A DNA stretch of 64,000 nucleotides from an uncultured Acidobacteriota bacterium (GCA_963796275.1 CAWCKY010000006.1:1792001-1856000); one strand, 5' to 3'; numbered from the stretch's first letter, positions 1 to 11,961 are shown. The notes: generated from the sequence alone by a model not told the origin. Made by a program: numbers and translations.

Positions 1-288
1 TTCGGTAAAGGTCAGTGGGATCTCGGGGTGCTGAGCTATGTCAGCCTGCGATATCTAGGGCAACGAGTTTTCGATTCGCTCAAGCCAGGTGGCCGAGTAA
101 TCGTAGAAGGCTTTCACCGTGAAGCGACCAAAGACGGTCCAATAGGAGGCGGGGTAGTCTTTGATACCAATGAGTTGTTGACGATCTTTAACAAGTTCCG
201 GATTTTGTATTATAAGGATGTTCAAGGTGTTGGTGACTTTGGACTCAGAGATACTCGTCTTGTCCGGCTTTGTGCTCGAAAGCCATAA
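1..288 (+). CDS. Class I SAM-dependent methyltransferase, C-terminal part (runs off window start)
   Basis: Frame is open from base 1 (FGKGQWDLGVLSYV...). LKPGGRVIVEGF and 'NELLTIFNKFRILYY' resemble the C-terminus of TehB-like methyltransferases. Confidence 0.7.
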   Translation, partial: FGKGQWDLGVLSYVSLRYLGQRVFDSLKPGGRVIVEGFHREATKDGPIGGGVVFDTNELLTIFNKFRILYYKDVQGVGDFGLRDTRLVRLCARKP

Positions 289-312
289 TATTGCGTTTTA
301 CACTATCGCTGC

Positions 313-421
313 GCCTAACCCACGTTCCACCCGAGCCGCGCGAGAGATTTTGCATCAAGTTGAGCATTTACCACCATTGGGCTTGCTCCTGCGCACGGCC
401 CGGGTGAACTTCACATCGCAC
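313..421 (+). mobile_element. Degenerate integron attC-like site
   Basis: GCCTAAC (313-319, fits RYYYAAC) lies 25 bp after a stop codon. GTTCCACCCGAGCCG (324-338) pairs with CGGCCCGGGTGAAC (396-409) with one extrahelical base. The expected GTTRRRY end reads ATCGCAC. Confidence 0.55.
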
Positions 422-464
422 ATTTTCTATCCTCTGCACTCCCATAATCAGTCCGCTATTTTTC

Positions 465-1676
465 CTATTCTGATCGGAGAACAATCAGCGGATCCACCTT
501 CGTCGCCCGCCTCGCCGGGAGGTAACAAGCCAGCATCGCCACCCCCGCGAGCAATAGCGAGATGATGGCGAAGGTCGTTGTGTCGGTTTCGCTGATGCCG
601 AAGAGCATGGCCTTCATCAGCCGCGTCAAACCAAACGCAGCCATCAGACCGATTGCCAGACCGCTCATCGCCAGAATCATCCCCTGTCGGACGACTAGCT
701 TTAACACATCGCGCCGCTGTGCGCCCAGAGCCATCCGAATTCCGATCTCCTGCGTGCGTGCGCTAACCGCATAAGAGATCACGCCGTACACCCCAATCTG
801 CGATATGACCAATGCCAGGACTGCGAACAGCACCAGTAGGATCGCGCCATAACGCACCTGCGCCGTCGCTTCTGTAAACTTTTCATCGATCGTCCTGATC
901 GTGGCCACCAGGATATTACGATCAAGCGCTGCGATTTCTCGCCTGACCGCCATGGCTAGTGCGGCTTTCTCAATCGTGCCACGGACGCTCAGCGCGTTTG
1001 GGAGACGGCCGGTATGCTGTGTATTCGGAACGTAGACGCTTACTGCGGGGCTATCCTCGAGGCGCCAGTAAGGCACATCGGCGATGACACCGACTACTTC
1101 GATCCATTGTTCGTCCGATCCAAGACTGATCAGTGCGCCGAGCGGGTCTGCGCCTGGCCAGAACCTTCGGGCAGTGTTCTCACTAATTATCGTGACACGT
1201 TTGCCCCCGGTGCGATCATCGTAGGTAAAGTTCCGGCCGCGCGTGAGGGGGATACGGAATGTGGAAAGATATTCCGGTGAGATGTTATGAAGCTCTACTC
1301 CCCTGCCAGCCATGTCGGATGGGGTGAACTGCCCCTGTATCCTCATCGTTCGGTAGCCAACACTCACGCCAGAAAGCGGGGTGTTTTTGGATATGCTGGC
1401 CTGCTCGACTCCCGGTAGCACGGCGATGCGTTCACGCAGCTGATTGAAGAAGTTTTCGATTGTTCTCCGAACGCCACACTTGGAGGTCCATTCCATCTGC
1501 TCGAGATGCAAAAGAGCGGGATACATCGTCCCTTGATTGAGCTGAAAGCGGTCGGCGCTGATCTGTTCTATGGGCCTGGCGACCCCATAGCCGTGCAGCG
1601 GCCCGAGAGTCTCCAGAGTTTTGAGGATAATCAGATTGAGAGTCCCGGGAAGCAGCTGGCCCTTATTCTGTTCCAT
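465..1676 (-). pseudogene. In-frame chimera: N-terminus of an acidobacterial PadR regulator fused to the C-terminal half of an ADOP/MacB-FtsX ABC permease
   Basis: Residues 1-~70 (GTLNLIILKTL..HGYG..GTMYPAL) are PadR-like. The rest (RTQEIGIRMALGA, YLPARRATKVDP) is the ADOP permease C-terminus. The PadR wing and first permease half are missing. Confidence 0.75.
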
Positions 1677-1685
1677 TATTCCTCC

Positions 1686-1733
1686 TGTTGGTGAACAGCA
1701 GGAGAGTAAATCATACTCTGTCGGTAGTCAACA
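1686..1733 (-). promoter_or_regulatory. Sigma70-like promoter of the padR gene with two palindromic candidate PadR operators
   Basis: Minus strand TTGACT(1731-1726)-17bp-TACTCT(1708-1703). TGTTG-N5-CAGCA (1686-1700) and TGTCG-N5-CAACA (1719-1733) overlap the RBS region and the -35. Confidence 0.55.
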
Positions 1734-2190
1734 CAAACGAGCGTGGTTCCCGTCGTAGGGGGGAGGGAATCAAAGTCCGGATTCGGCCCGAAGTGAGCTC
1801 GTTCAGGGTCACTGCCTGGCCGCCTAAAAATATCCCTACCAGCCAACCTCCAGGCACTTTCGGGGGATAGAAACTTGCTTTACTGCCATCGCTGAACTTT
1901 GCTTTTATTTCATCCCAATAAAGCATACGCCTCCTGATTATGGTTAACGAGGTTGTTGTGCGGAATGTGCCGCAACTGATAAAGCAAAGGCTGGTTGAAA
2001 TCATGATGAAATCAGCTGGCCTTGTCAGCATATCGGCTTTGCTGCACCGCGAGCTAATAATCCTCTTTCCGAATAGAGCCCAGGATAATCACATTTAGTG
2101 ACTATCCTGGACCTCGTAACTTACTATTGGCCGAGAACTGTCCGCGCTGAGTGATGCGACATCTCAACAACACAAGTAGACTCGCTCGTC

Positions 2191-2634
2191 TTAATGATAA
2201 GCAACGAGGGACACTGTTTGAGGCTCATTCGCGCTTTTAGACAGATTGCTCCTGGCGCGAATAAGCTCCCTTTCAGCGCGGGACATGAATGCCTCGCGCC
2301 CGGTTTTGTTTCCAGTCATCCATATCGTAGAGAGGAAATACTCGTCTCCATACCGGTGGAAGACTAGCGATGATTCATCTGGTGTCTCGCTGGCTCTAGC
2401 GCCGATCGTCGAAAAAATCTCAGTCGCGCTACCGTCTGCGTTTTCAATCACTAGAACGCCTTGGTACAGCTGCCTGACGGTGTATTCACCCGCCGGGAGT
2501 GCTTCATTCCAGACGGAGAATTCGAATGGGATGTTCACCTTGAGACGCAATTCGGATTGCGCATAGACGGACCCAGCCGCCAGCGTGACCAACAGACTCA
2601 ACATCGAAAAAATCTTGAGAACTTGCTTTTTCAT
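2191..2634 (-). CDS. Secreted hypothetical protein of a common acidobacterial family
   Basis: Signal peptide ending VYA-Q, NIPFEFSV..LPAGEYTV and LVFHRYGDEYFL motifs, GGAGG RBS. Confidence 0.75.
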   Translation of the reverse strand: MKKQVLKIFSMLSLLVTLAAGSVYAQSELRLKVNIPFEFSVWNEALPAGEYTVRQLYQGVLVIENADGSATEIFSTIGARASETPDESSLVFHRYGDEYFLSTIWMTGNKTGREAFMSRAERELIRARSNLSKSANEPQTVSLVAYH

Positions 2635-2904
2635 ATGACCTCCTTCTGGTCTTGATCAGGCAATGGCCGAAGGCGCTCGGCCTTCAGGTTTCACTTGGGC
2701 GACCATAGTCTCGTGACCAATCGCTGCGCCACCCGTGGGACCGGCCTGCGGACTGCCTTCACCGACTAAGGCGTAGCGCGTCTCCCAAAGCGGCCTCGCC
2801 CGCCAAATACATTTTCGCCGGCTGTGTTCGGCGTCCTAGTAGTTCTCACCTGGTTGTGTTAAGGTGTATTAGAGGCAGCTAACCTTAGCCCAAGGAGGGA
2901 TCTT

Positions 2905-3489
2905 ATGAATATGCCCTCTTCGCATGAAGTCACTCAACTGCTTGTAGCTTGGAGTGACGGAGATCAAGCTGCCCTTGAGCGATTAACCCCGCTGGTCTAC
3001 AGAGAATTGCATCGGCTGGCTGAAGGATATATGCATCGAGAGCGTCCAGGCCATCTCCTGCAAACCACGGCACTTGTAAATGAAGCCTACCTGCGCCTGA
3101 TCAATTGGAAGAATGTGTGCTGGCAGAACCGCGCCCATTTCTTCGGAGTGGCAGCGCAGATGATGCGTCGTATTCTGGTGGATTTCGCTCGCGCTCGTCA
3201 GCAGGACAAGCACGGCGGCGCGCTGCGCCAGGTCTCGTTTGATGAAGCGGATGTGGCGCCAGTCGAGCAGAGTGCTGAGTTCATTGCCCTCGACGAGGCG
3301 CTCGAGCGATTGGCCGCCATTGATCCGCGCAGAAGCCGGATAGTGGAGCTGCGCTTTTTCGGCGGATTGAGTGAAGAGGAAACAGCCGTAGTGCTCAAGG
3401 TCTCGCCACGCACGGTGCGGCGGGAGTGGAGTTTGGCCCGGGCCTGGCTCCATCGCGAGTTGAGGCAGGGGAGGGACAATGAAGCCTGA
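2905..3489 (+). CDS. ECF sigma factor, TIGR02999 / kinase-associated type
   Basis: [65 protein letters not shown]. Confidence 0.92.
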   Translation: MNMPSSHEVTQLLVAWSDGDQAALERLTPLVYRELHRLAEGYMHRERPGHLLQTTALVNEAYLRLINWKNVCWQNRAHFFGVAAQMMRRILVDFARARQQDKHGGALRQVSFDEADVAPVEQSAEFIALDEALERLAAIDPRRSRIVELRFFGGLSEEETAVVLKVSPRTVRREWSLARAWLHRELRQGRDNEA

Positions 3490-6478
3490 GCGATGGAAGC
3501 AAATCGAGAAACTCTATTACGCCGCCTTGGAGCTTGACGTGAGCCGGCGCGCAGCCTTCCTCGATCAAGCTTGCGCCGGCGACGAGGGGCTGCGCAGAGA
3601 AATCGCGTCGCTCCTGGCATCGGACGAGCAGGCGGGAAGCTTCCTGGCCGCGCCCGCCGTAGAGGTAGCGGCCCGTAGTATAGCCGCGGCGCCAATCTCA
3701 TCACCCATTGGGCGGCGGATCGGCCAATATCAAGTGGAGTCTCTGTTGGGCGTGGGCGGAATGGGCGAGGTCTACCAGGCGCGCGACGTCAGGCTCGACC
3801 GCACAGTAGCTCTGAAAATTCTACCTATCGAGTTCGCGAAGGACGAAAAGCGGATGTGTCGATTCATTCGCGAGGCGAAAGCCGCCTCGGCGCTCAATCA
3901 TCCACATGTTGCGACGATCTATGAAATCGGCGAGTCCGGAGGGCGGAACTTCATTGCCATGGAGTATGTCGAAGGGCAGACGCTCGCGGCCAGAATCAAC
4001 GGCCATCCGCTTAAGGTGGGTGAGCTCGTGGAGTTCGGAAGCCAGATTGCCGACGCACTGGATGAAGCGCATAGCAAGAGAATCATCCATCGTGATATTA
4101 AACCGACGAATGTCATGCTCAACTCACGCGGGCAGGTAAAGGTTCTCGACTTCGGATTGGCGAAAATCCATCAACCTCCTGAACAGTCTATCGATAAGAA
4201 CGGTATCACACTCGCGAAGACCGAGCCGGGCGTAGTGATGGGGACCTTGCCGTATCTGAGTCCGGAGCAAGCACTGGGACGTGATGTGGATCACCGTACC
4301 GACATCTTCAGTCTGGGGGTGATGCTTTATCAAATGGCGACTGGACGCTTGCCCTGGTCCGGAAAGAATTCAAGCGAATTGCTGGACCTGATCCTGCACG
4401 CGCAGCCGGAAGCGATAGCTCGATTCAATCACGACGCGCCCCCTGAGTTTGAGCAGATTGTGCGAAAATGTTTGGAGAAGGAGCGAGAGGCTCGCTACCA
4501 AACTATCAAAGAATTCCTGAACGATCTTGAGCCTATCAGAAGCAGCCTCGTCAGACCACACGCGACTGCGAACAATAAAGGCATAGGCACCAGAATCAAC
4601 CGCCATAAGATCGGTTGGGCCCTTGCTCTGATCGCGTTGATCCTGACGACTGTCGTTGCGATTTACCTGCCTTCTGTGATTCGAGATCGATCCCAAGCCG
4701 TCCAACCGGCGATCCGCCCATTGCGACGCTTGACCTCAGACCCGGGCTTGCAAAGCGAACCAACCTGGTCGCCCAAAAGTGACTTCATCGCTTACAGTTC
4801 CAACCGGAGCGGCAACTTCGACATTTGGGTTCAGCCAATCAGTGGGGGCGATCCGGTACAGGTGACCCACTCTCCCGAACACGACTGGCAGCCCGACTGG
4901 TCGCCTGACGGCAGTCAGATCGTTTTCCGCTCGGAGCGGGATGGCGGTGGGCTGTTCGTGGTTCCTGCTTTTGGTGGACACGAAAGCAAAATCTTCGCTT
5001 TCGGCTCTTACCCGCGATGGTCGCCTGACGGCACCAGGATTTTGTTCGGAGTTACGGGTTTTCAGCCCAGAGTGTATGTCGGAACTCTCGATGGCCTGCC
5101 GCCACACGAGGTTCAGCCTGAGTTTCTCTCTGACTTTGTCAACCTTTATGCATTTTTTTGGCATCCTGACGGCCAGCAGATCTCTCTTTATGGAGAGAAG
5201 AGCATGGATGAATGGAGTCACTGGTTAGCCCCACTGACTGGCGGACCGCCCAAAAAGTCCGAACTGGTTACTGAGGTCGAAAAGCAATTTCGGGAACACC
5301 AACTGCAGAGAGTAACCCGTGGCAGGTGGGCGCCTTCGGGGCGAAGCATCTACTTCTCCACCGTTTCGCTGGGCCTAAGAGACATCTGGAAGGTAACGGT
5401 TGACCCACAGACCTCGAGATGGATTGCAGGTCCCGAGAGGCTCTCGGTCGGCTTGGGAAGCGATACCGACTTTGCGCTTTCAGCAGACGGCAAACGACTG
5501 GCTTTCACCATGCGGGTCGAGACGATTCGTGCCTGGTCTTTCCCGTTCGATGCCGATGCCGGCAGAATCAAAGGTCAAGGCCAGCCTATCACCTCAACCG
5601 GGATGATTCCCACAGAAATCAACCTGACGCCAGACAGCAAGAAGATCGCCTTTAATGCAAATCGTCCCGGATCGCGAAAGTCCGAACTCTGGGAAAAGTC
5701 ATTGGATGATGGTCGAGAAACGTTATTGGCCACTCGGACTCAATCTACCAAGACCTTTTGTAGCCCGAGTTGGTCGCGCGATGGGGCACGCATCGCCTAC
5801 TTATTTTACGATCCAGCTACTCAGAAGAACGGTCCTCAAATTCTGACAAAACCTGCAGGTGGCGGTGACGAGCAGATCATTGCTTCAGGCGCAAACGATC
5901 TCCCCTCGGACTGGACCGCTGACGGGAAATGGATTCTCGCGACCACTGACCGCAAATCCCCGGGCAGGTATGGCTCAATCTGCCTTTATCCATTATCGGC
6001 TGCCCCTCACGCAGAAACGGAAATGCGCGTGATTACTTCCAGCCAGAAGTATCAACTTTTTAAGGCACGATTCTCTCCCGATGGTAAGTGGATTTGTTTT
6101 CTGGAGCAAAAGTCAGGTGCCGACTCCGCCATCTATGTCATGTCAGCGTCTGGCGGCGAGTGGACACCTATCACCGATGGCCAATCCTGGGATGATAAGC
6201 CGCAGTGGTCTCCCGACGGCAAGACCATCTATTTCGTTTCTTGCCACACCAGATTTTCTTGGCAAACCGGCATTTTCAACGTGTGGGGCCGCCGGTTCGA
6301 TCCGGCAATTGGAAAACCGGTAGGAGAACCCTTCCGCGTGACTAGCTTTGAAAGCCCGAGCCGAATGATCTATCCCAATACAACCCTCATGGATGTTGGG
6401 CTCGCTGCGGATCGTCTCGTCCTGCCGATCATGGAAGTATCAGGAAGCATTTGGATTTTGGAGAACGTAGATCGCTAA
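3479..6478 (+). CDS. Membrane Ser/Thr protein kinase with extracytoplasmic TolB/PD40 beta-propeller repeats
   Basis: [33 protein letters not shown]; TM segment near aa 380; many WSPDG repeats; overlaps the sigma stop codon. Confidence 0.93.
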   Translation: MKPERWKQIEKLYYAALELDVSRRAAFLDQACAGDEGLRREIASLLASDEQAGSFLAAPAVEVAARSIAAAPISSPIGRRIGQYQVESLLGVGGMGEVYQARDVRLDRTVALKILPIEFAKDEKRMCRFIREAKAASALNHPHVATIYEIGESGGRNFIAMEYVEGQTLAARINGHPLKVGELVEFGSQIADALDEAHSKRIIHRDIKPTNVMLNSRGQVKVLDFGLAKIHQPPEQSIDKNGITLAKTEPGVVMGTLPYLSPEQALGRDVDHRTDIFSLGVMLYQMATGRLPWSGKNSSELLDLILHAQPEAIARFNHDAPPEFEQIVRKCLEKEREARYQTIKEFLNDLEPIRSSLVRPHATANNKGIGTRINRHKIGWALALIALILTTVVAIYLPSVIRDRSQAVQPAIRPLRRLTSDPGLQSEPTWSPKSDFIAYSSNRSGNFDIWVQPISGGDPVQVTHSPEHDWQPDWSPDGSQIVFRSERDGGGLFVVPAFGGHESKIFAFGSYPRWSPDGTRILFGVTGFQPRVYVGTLDGLPPHEVQPEFLSDFVNLYAFFWHPDGQQISLYGEKSMDEWSHWLAPLTGGPPKKSELVTEVEKQFREHQLQRVTRGRWAPSGRSIYFSTVSLGLRDIWKVTVDPQTSRWIAGPERLSVGLGSDTDFALSADGKRLAFTMRVETIRAWSFPFDADAGRIKGQGQPITSTGMIPTEINLTPDSKKIAFNANRPGSRKSELWEKSLDDGRETLLATRTQSTKTFCSPSWSRDGARIAYLFYDPATQKNGPQILTKPAGGGDEQIIASGANDLPSDWTADGKWILATTDRKSPGRYGSICLYPLSAAPHAETEMRVITSSQKYQLFKARFSPDGKWICFLEQKSGADSAIYVMSASGGEWTPITDGQSWDDKPQWSPDGKTIYFVSCHTRFSWQTGIFNVWGRRFDPAIGKPVGEPFRVTSFESPSRMIYPNTTLMDVGLAADRLVLPIMEVSGSIWILENVDR

Positions 6479-6742
6479 TTGTCAGGAGGGCAAGTAGTGC
6501 CGCGACTAAGGATTATCAACCAGAGGGCGGGTTTCTCTTTATTGCCCGTTCAACTTTAGGAATGACCCGCGAATGAACTCGGTTGAATCCGGAAATCCAA
6601 ACATAATCTTGAAAAGGCTGGAGCAATTCAACAACGTCGTTCCATCATTGATTCGGGAATGGGAAAAACTAACCACCATTGGATAGTTGCACTCCGTTTT
6701 ATCCAATGGCCCGAATCCATTCCATTTCGCGCCCGCATCTGT

Positions 6743-7606
6743 CTAGCATCTGGTAACTGGTAAGTATATGTCGGTCTGGTTCAGTCGCAATTGCGTATTC
6801 ACGCTGGCGGAATGGTATATCTCTATGGCGGGCAGACCAATCATTCGGTAGCCGGGGAGGGCGGTGACGCGCGGGAAAATGGCGGCATAGGCGGCGGGTA
6901 AGGTCTCAAACGAGCCAGCGTGCGTGGTTACGGCGAACTCGGCTCCAGCCAGCTTTTGATACCCGATCTGGCCATCCGGTTCGAATGGGCCAGGCGCCAC
7001 CAGCGCCGCGTCGAACCGTAAGTGTTCAGGAGGCGTTGTAATCGGCGCGTCGTGGCCAATCCCCAACCAGACTCTCGGCCCCGGTAAGCGCCGCTGCGTG
7101 GCCCACTGCTCTATAGCATCAAACAGCGTGGCCGGCACCGACTCGTACGGGCCGATATGACGTAGAAAGGCCAGATGCATTGAGCGCAAGCGAACTATTT
7201 TCGTGGAAGAAAGTTCAAACGCGGAGGTAACCTCCGCTGAGGCTTCGCGCGCTTGATGATTTCGTTCAAAAACCTGGAGCCGAATCCATTCGCGGTATTC
7301 ACTCGGTGTTTTGCCGAAGACTCGCCGAAAAGCGCGAATAAAGGTCTCATGATTTTGAAAGCCGCAATCGAGAGCGACATCTACCAACCTCGCATCGTGG
7401 AGTAGGAGTCGAAAAGCGCCCCGTTCGACGCGAAGCCGCATTACATATTCTCCTGGCGTCTCTCCGATGGCCGCTTTGAATAAACGATGGAAATACGAGG
7501 GCGACAACCCCGCTTTCCCGCTGAGCGCCGCCAAACTTAGATCGCCATCCAGATTCGCCTGTATGTGAATCAACAGGGGCAATAATTTTTGCCAGTCTTC
7601 GTTCAC
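6743..7606 (-). CDS. AraC-family regulator with GyrI-like effector domain
   Basis: AGLSPSYFHRLFK, CGFQNHETFIRAFRR HTH motifs and a C-terminal HIGPY/THAGSF domain. Likely GTG start at 7606 overlapping the upstream TGA (GTGA). Confidence 0.88.
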   Translation of the reverse strand: MNEDWQKLLPLLIHIQANLDGDLSLAALSGKAGLSPSYFHRLFKAAIGETPGEYVMRLRVERGAFRLLLHDARLVDVALDCGFQNHETFIRAFRRVFGKTPSEYREWIRLQVFERNHQAREASAEVTSAFELSSTKIVRLRSMHLAFLRHIGPYESVPATLFDAIEQWATQRRLPGPRVWLGIGHDAPITTPPEHLRFDAALVAPGPFEPDGQIGYQKLAGAEFAVTTHAGSFETLPAAYAAIFPRVTALPGYRMIGLPAIEIYHSASVNTQLRLNQTDIYLPVTRC

Positions 7607-8016
7607 CGCGTCGCCTCGACCGGCTGCCTCAAGCCGTGCTGCCCTCCGAGATAACACGCCAATAGCTTGGTCGCATAACTCAACCCTATCAGCCACAGTA
7701 TCGCGATGGCAGACGGACCTCTCATCAGCAGGAGCAGGAGTACGTCGAGAGTCAGAAAGACTCCGAACAGGGCTAAAGCTGTGGGCAAAGACCTGGCGAT
7801 CCAGCGGCTGGCAGAGTAGAAGATGGGAAAGCCGGCGATAATTGACACCCAAGGCCCTGATGCTTGCGCATGTTGTTCATAAACCGTCATCGGTTGGCCG
7901 GCATTCAAAACGTGACTGTAGATCGCCACCCAAACGACAGCCGCAATCACTTGCGCGACTTCAGCCAATAATGCCCCGCCCACCGCCGCGCCCCAACGGA
8001 TTCGCTGTATGCTCAT
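7603..8016 (-). CDS. Small membrane protein (about 4 TM), hypothetical
   Basis: Hydrophobic segments; translationally coupled to the AraC gene. Confidence 0.7.
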   Translation of the reverse strand: MSIQRIRWGAAVGGALLAEVAQVIAAVVWVAIYSHVLNAGQPMTVYEQHAQASGPWVSIIAGFPIFYSASRWIARSLPTALALFGVFLTLDVLLLLLMRGPSAIAILWLIGLSYATKLLACYLGGQHGLRQPVEATR

Positions 8017-8349
8017 AAACGAAGCTTTTTTTGTGTCCATCCAGAAATTCTACGCGCCCCCCTGTCGATTGTCTTGACGAATCTTGCTGCGGAGGTGGAA
8101 TTTGCAGCCTGAATGATTACGCCGCCAGGTTCTGTTACCGCGACGCCGCAAGGACACCATCGGCTCCTGTAATCCCGTCCGCTTCTGCTAATGCTAAGCT
8201 CAGGCTCCAATGAAGCGGCTCAGCGCCAGGGTCGCCACGTTGTAATAGACGGTCTTTATTCATGTAGGAGGGTGATTGCCGGATGAGGATGTCGATTGCA
8301 ACAGAAACACATATGACGCTTGAACAATAGAAGTGTCAGGCGTGAAGCG

Positions 8350-8678
8350 CGAAGCGTGATGTGGCTGGTGATCAGCCGCGTGTGGTTGGTGATGATCGTG
8401 GTAGCCTCGATTCGGCGTCAGGCTGAGCGCGCGCCGGAATGATCACGTATTCATCTAGCTCGTCCATGCCGAAGTTTATGATGCGGAAGAGCGGGTCTTT
8501 CATTCCTTTGATGTGATGATAGACGCCTGCCTCGGTAAGCCCGACAGCTTCGGCGATGTCGTTATGGATGTGGCGTCGTAGCCCTTTCGCAAATTAGCAC
8601 AGCCGCCACGCGGTAAATCTCCCCCAGACGATTCGTTTCGTCCAAAGCGGAGAGCTTGAATGAGGATTTCGTTCTCAA
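8350..8678 (-). pseudogene. Frameshifted, truncated TetR/AcrR-family regulator
   Basis: Reading across about 3 single-base frameshifts gives RLGEIYRVAAVLICE/GYDATS/DIAEAVGLTEAGVYHHIKG..LFRIINFGMDEL..DAESRL. AGGAG RBS before TTG at 8678. The 3' end is approximate. Confidence 0.75.
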
Positions 8679-8700
8679 TGTCGTTTCTCCTGATTTATGT

Positions 8701-9132
8701 TCATTTGGCGCCCCTCTCTTTCGTTTGCTTTGGGCCGATGCTGTGAATGTAGTTGATGATTTGCCATATCTGCTTCTCCTTGAGCCTCTCTCGGTAAGCC
8801 AGCATGTCAGCCGACACGCCATCGCGGATGACGACGAAGATTTCGCCGTCGGTAGAGCCGTAATCCCAGACGTCGTCGGTCAGGTCGGACGGCTCGCCGC
8901 CTGAGAGCGCCAGTCCGCCGTCGCCCTTGCCGTTCGGGCCGTGACACGCGGCGCAATAGCGCTGGTAGAGCTCCTTTCCGGCTTCAATGGATTCAGCGTT
9001 TTGCGGCTCGGGATTCTTAAGCTTCTGCGCTTCGAGATTGCGGCGCTGCTCTTGCGCCTGAAGCGTCGGCCAAAGTCCGGTCATGACGAGTGCGAGCACC
9101 AGCCAAATGATCCTGTTATTCCTGAGGGACAT
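8701..9132 (-). CDS. Periplasmic class I cytochrome c
   Basis: Signal peptide, CAACH heme motif, distal Met (SADMLAY). Confidence 0.9.
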   Translation of the reverse strand: MSLRNNRIIWLVLALVMTGLWPTLQAQEQRRNLEAQKLKNPEPQNAESIEAGKELYQRYCAACHGPNGKGDGGLALSGGEPSDLTDDVWDYGSTDGEIFVVIRDGVSADMLAYRERLKEKQIWQIINYIHSIGPKQTKERGAK

Positions 9133-9619
9133 CGAAATTCTCCATCAGATATTCGGGGTGTCGCTCTCGCAGGTGCAGAAACAGTTCATGCGCCAGATTG
9201 ACGATGCGTTTGACCCCATACGCGTATTGATTGTTTTTGACTTTGAGCGAAACTGAAACAACGCCTCCCTGGTTCGAGCAGGAAACCTCGGCTCGTTTGC
9301 GATCGATCCGCCGGTGTTCTGGCAACTCCTTGTCGTGCCGCCGCTCGATGAAGCTCTTCAATTCGGCGTAGAGGGCGGATTTCGCCGGAATGTTGGGCAG
9401 AAGCCGGTTGAATCGCAACTCGTGTTTCTCTGTGTTCACTCTCAATTCCATCAGGTGATTGACCGCCCAAACGAATTGGAAGCGCTTGTTTTTGGTTTCA
9501 CTGAAGCCGCGAAAGACGCCACGGTCAGCGTAAGCCTGTAAGCTTTCTCTGACCACGGTCAGTGGTTTATTTATTTGTTCTCGGGCGACTGCCATAGAAT
9601 TGGTAGATGGATTCGCCAA
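9116..9619 (-). CDS. Hypothetical protein
   Basis: 167-aa ORF with natural composition, overlapping the cytochrome c start. Confidence 0.6.
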   Translation of the reverse strand: MANPSTNSMAVAREQINKPLTVVRESLQAYADRGVFRGFSETKNKRFQFVWAVNHLMELRVNTEKHELRFNRLLPNIPAKSALYAELKSFIERRHDKELPEHRRIDRKRAEVSCSNQGGVVSVSLKVKNNQYAYGVKRIVNLAHELFLHLRERHPEYLMENFDVPQE

Positions 9620-9851
9620 GCGTGATGGCGCTCGTTTCCTTTGCTTAGAACGTCATCAAGGTCTTTTCGCGTCCGGCTGCAAGTTTGAAGAGATGAGAAT
9701 TATGCCCGGGCATTGCCCTACGAAGCGTTGATCTTCATTCGAGCATTCAACGATCATCCATGCCGCGCACTCATTCATTCTTTCACCTCTTTGATTTTCC
9801 AGGCGTATTATTGCAGTTTGCCGAAGATCGCCTGAGCGCACGCCACGACGC

Positions 9852-11801
9852 TCAATGGTTGTACGACATGCAGCCCGGCTCGATCGTGCCCAAGAAGCCC
9901 GGCGGGTACTGCTGATTGGACCAGAATTCCTTCTTCGCCTGGCAGTTGATGAGCGCAGGCCGGCTCTCTTTGACAGCGATCTGGTAGCAGCGTTCGAGCG
10001 CGACGCGGAAATCTTCCGGTCTGGTAACGTACTCGCCGTGCGCGCCGAGGCCTTCGGCGACCTTGTCGTAACGCACGTTCTCCTGGAAAAGGTGGAGACT
10101 CAACGTCACAGGGTTGCGGCTGTTACCCGTCCACGTGCCCCAGGCGTTGTTGTTGTATACGATGACAATGATCGGCATTCGGTATTTCGAAGCGGTTTCG
10201 AGTTCCATGATCGTGTAGCCCACGCCGGCGTCGCCCGTGACGCAGATCACCGGGGAGCCTTTGTACGCAGCCTGCACGCCGACGCCGTTCTGCACCGCCA
10301 CCGCAGCGCCGATGGCGTAACCGACGTCGGGCCCGATCGCGCCGTATTGATACGCCCCATTCAGAATCTGGCCCGGGCGATAGCCGCGCAACCAGCGGCG
10401 CACGTATCTGGCGATGCCATATCCGCCGGAGACGAAGGTAGTCTGCTCTTTGGGCAGTTTGCCATGGTACATAAAATCGGTCAGCTCTTTGGCGATCACC
10501 GCCGGGTGGACAGCATCGGTATAGCTCAGGCCCTTCGCGTAGAATGATTCATTTTCGTCTTCGAACTTCTTCCGCGCCGCTGCAATCTCGGCCACCCACG
10601 CTTCGCGTTTCATCGCGGGCATGGCGTCGGCGAGCGACTCGATCGCGGCCTTTTCGCAACTGACCATGCCGACGTCTATCGGCACGTTGCGACCGATGTC
10701 TTCGGGGCATGGGTCGATGCGGATGTATTTCGCATCCGGCCCGAAGGCGAATTCGCCTACCTTCGGCATGCAATACTGGCCGACCAGCACGACGACGTCG
10801 GCGCTGGGGAGCGCGCCAGGCGCGGCGTTGGCCGAAAGCGGACCCGCGTCCGAGAATTGCCCCTTCATCGCGCCTGATTCGACGACGGGAATCTGCGCCT
10901 TCTCGGCCAGTCTCTTCAACGCGTCCCAGGCGCGGCTGTAAAAAACGCCGTTGCTCGAGACGATGATCGGGCGCTGGGCGTTTTTGAGCAGCTCGACCGC
11001 CGCCGCGACGTCCTTCGGCCCCGGATGCGGCTTGGCGGTCGTGCGGTATTTGGCCTTGTCGTAGTAGCCCTCGAGGTCGCCAGGTTTCTCGAAGCGCGCG
11101 CGCGTAACTTCCGCCGGGAAATCGAGGTGCGTGGGGCGCGGGACGCCCGATCGCAACTGCCGAAACGCGTAAGCGCCGTACTCGTGAATGCGCTTCGGAG
11201 TGATCAATCGTTTGCCGTATTTCTTCAGCCCTTCGGTGGTCGGCTGCTGATAGGCCAACTGGATGCCTGCCTCTGTATCTTCATTGGCGACCGTCATGTT
11301 GCTGGCGAGCACGAGCACCGGCGAGCGCGCCGCGTTGGCTGCGGCGATGGCGTTGATCATGTCTGTGAAGCCCGGCCCTTCCGTGCCTGACGCGGCCGCG
11401 ATTTCCCCAGTCACCCGACAGAAGCCGTCGGCGGCGTGGCACATCGCGCCTTCGTGGCGACCGGAGTAGGTCGGAATGCCTTCGAGCGCGATGGCGTTGA
11501 CGATGGAATAATTGCCGGGGCAGGAGAAGAGCGCGGCGAGTCCCTCTTCCTTGCAGAGTCGCGCGAAGACCTGCGCCCCAGTCATCGGGAAGGCGGCCTT
11601 TACCGGAGCGGTTTTGGCGGCCTGGGCGAATTCGTCTGGCACCTTGATCGGTTTGTTTTCAGCAGTGTCGGCGGCGTTCGCCCTGTTTCCGTCAAAGGCG
11701 ATAACCGTGGTCATTCCGGCCCCGGCCACCGCTTTGCTTATGAATTTTCTCCTGGAAACGTCAGTTTTTTTCACCCTATTTTTGTCGTCTATTTTTGCCA
11801 T
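9852..11801 (-). CDS. Thiamine-diphosphate-dependent enzyme (ALS / 2-hydroxyacyl-CoA lyase-like fold) with Tat signal peptide
   Basis: [11 protein letters not shown] signal, GRHEG catalytic Glu, GPG, and GDAG...YNNN ThDP/Mg motif. Confidence 0.88.
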   Translation of the reverse strand: MAKIDDKNRVKKTDVSRRKFISKAVAGAGMTTVIAFDGNRANAADTAENKPIKVPDEFAQAAKTAPVKAAFPMTGAQVFARLCKEEGLAALFSCPGNYSIVNAIALEGIPTYSGRHEGAMCHAADGFCRVTGEIAAASGTEGPGFTDMINAIAAANAARSPVLVLASNMTVANEDTEAGIQLAYQQPTTEGLKKYGKRLITPKRIHEYGAYAFRQLRSGVPRPTHLDFPAEVTRARFEKPGDLEGYYDKAKYRTTAKPHPGPKDVAAAVELLKNAQRPIIVSSNGVFYSRAWDALKRLAEKAQIPVVESGAMKGQFSDAGPLSANAAPGALPSADVVVLVGQYCMPKVGEFAFGPDAKYIRIDPCPEDIGRNVPIDVGMVSCEKAAIESLADAMPAMKREAWVAEIAAARKKFEDENESFYAKGLSYTDAVHPAVIAKELTDFMYHGKLPKEQTTFVSGGYGIARYVRRWLRGYRPGQILNGAYQYGAIGPDVGYAIGAAVAVQNGVGVQAAYKGSPVICVTGDAGVGYTIMELETASKYRMPIIVIVYNNNAWGTWTGNSRNPVTLSLHLFQENVRYDKVAEGLGAHGEYVTRPEDFRVALERCYQIAVKESRPALINCQAKKEFWSNQQYPPGFLGTIEPGCMSYNH

Positions 11802-11961
11802 AGCCTCTCCTCCGATTTGCCCATTTTGCCTCTTTCGATGGATGGATGAGCGGGTTTACAAGCCGCCCTCGCGCAATCTTGTACCGCGCCCTGGCGTTGG
11901 AATACAAATTTAGTGTTTGAGCAAAAAATTAAAAAGATGGTAATGATGGTAAAGAATACTT

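Noticed and set aside
1711-2031. 106-aa ORF in the padR upstream region
   Set aside because: No RBS or domain; runs into the padR promoter.
7607-7852. N-terminal extension of the AraC ORF in the track
   Set aside because: Overlaps the upstream membrane-protein gene; GTG at 7606 with GTGA coupling is the better start.
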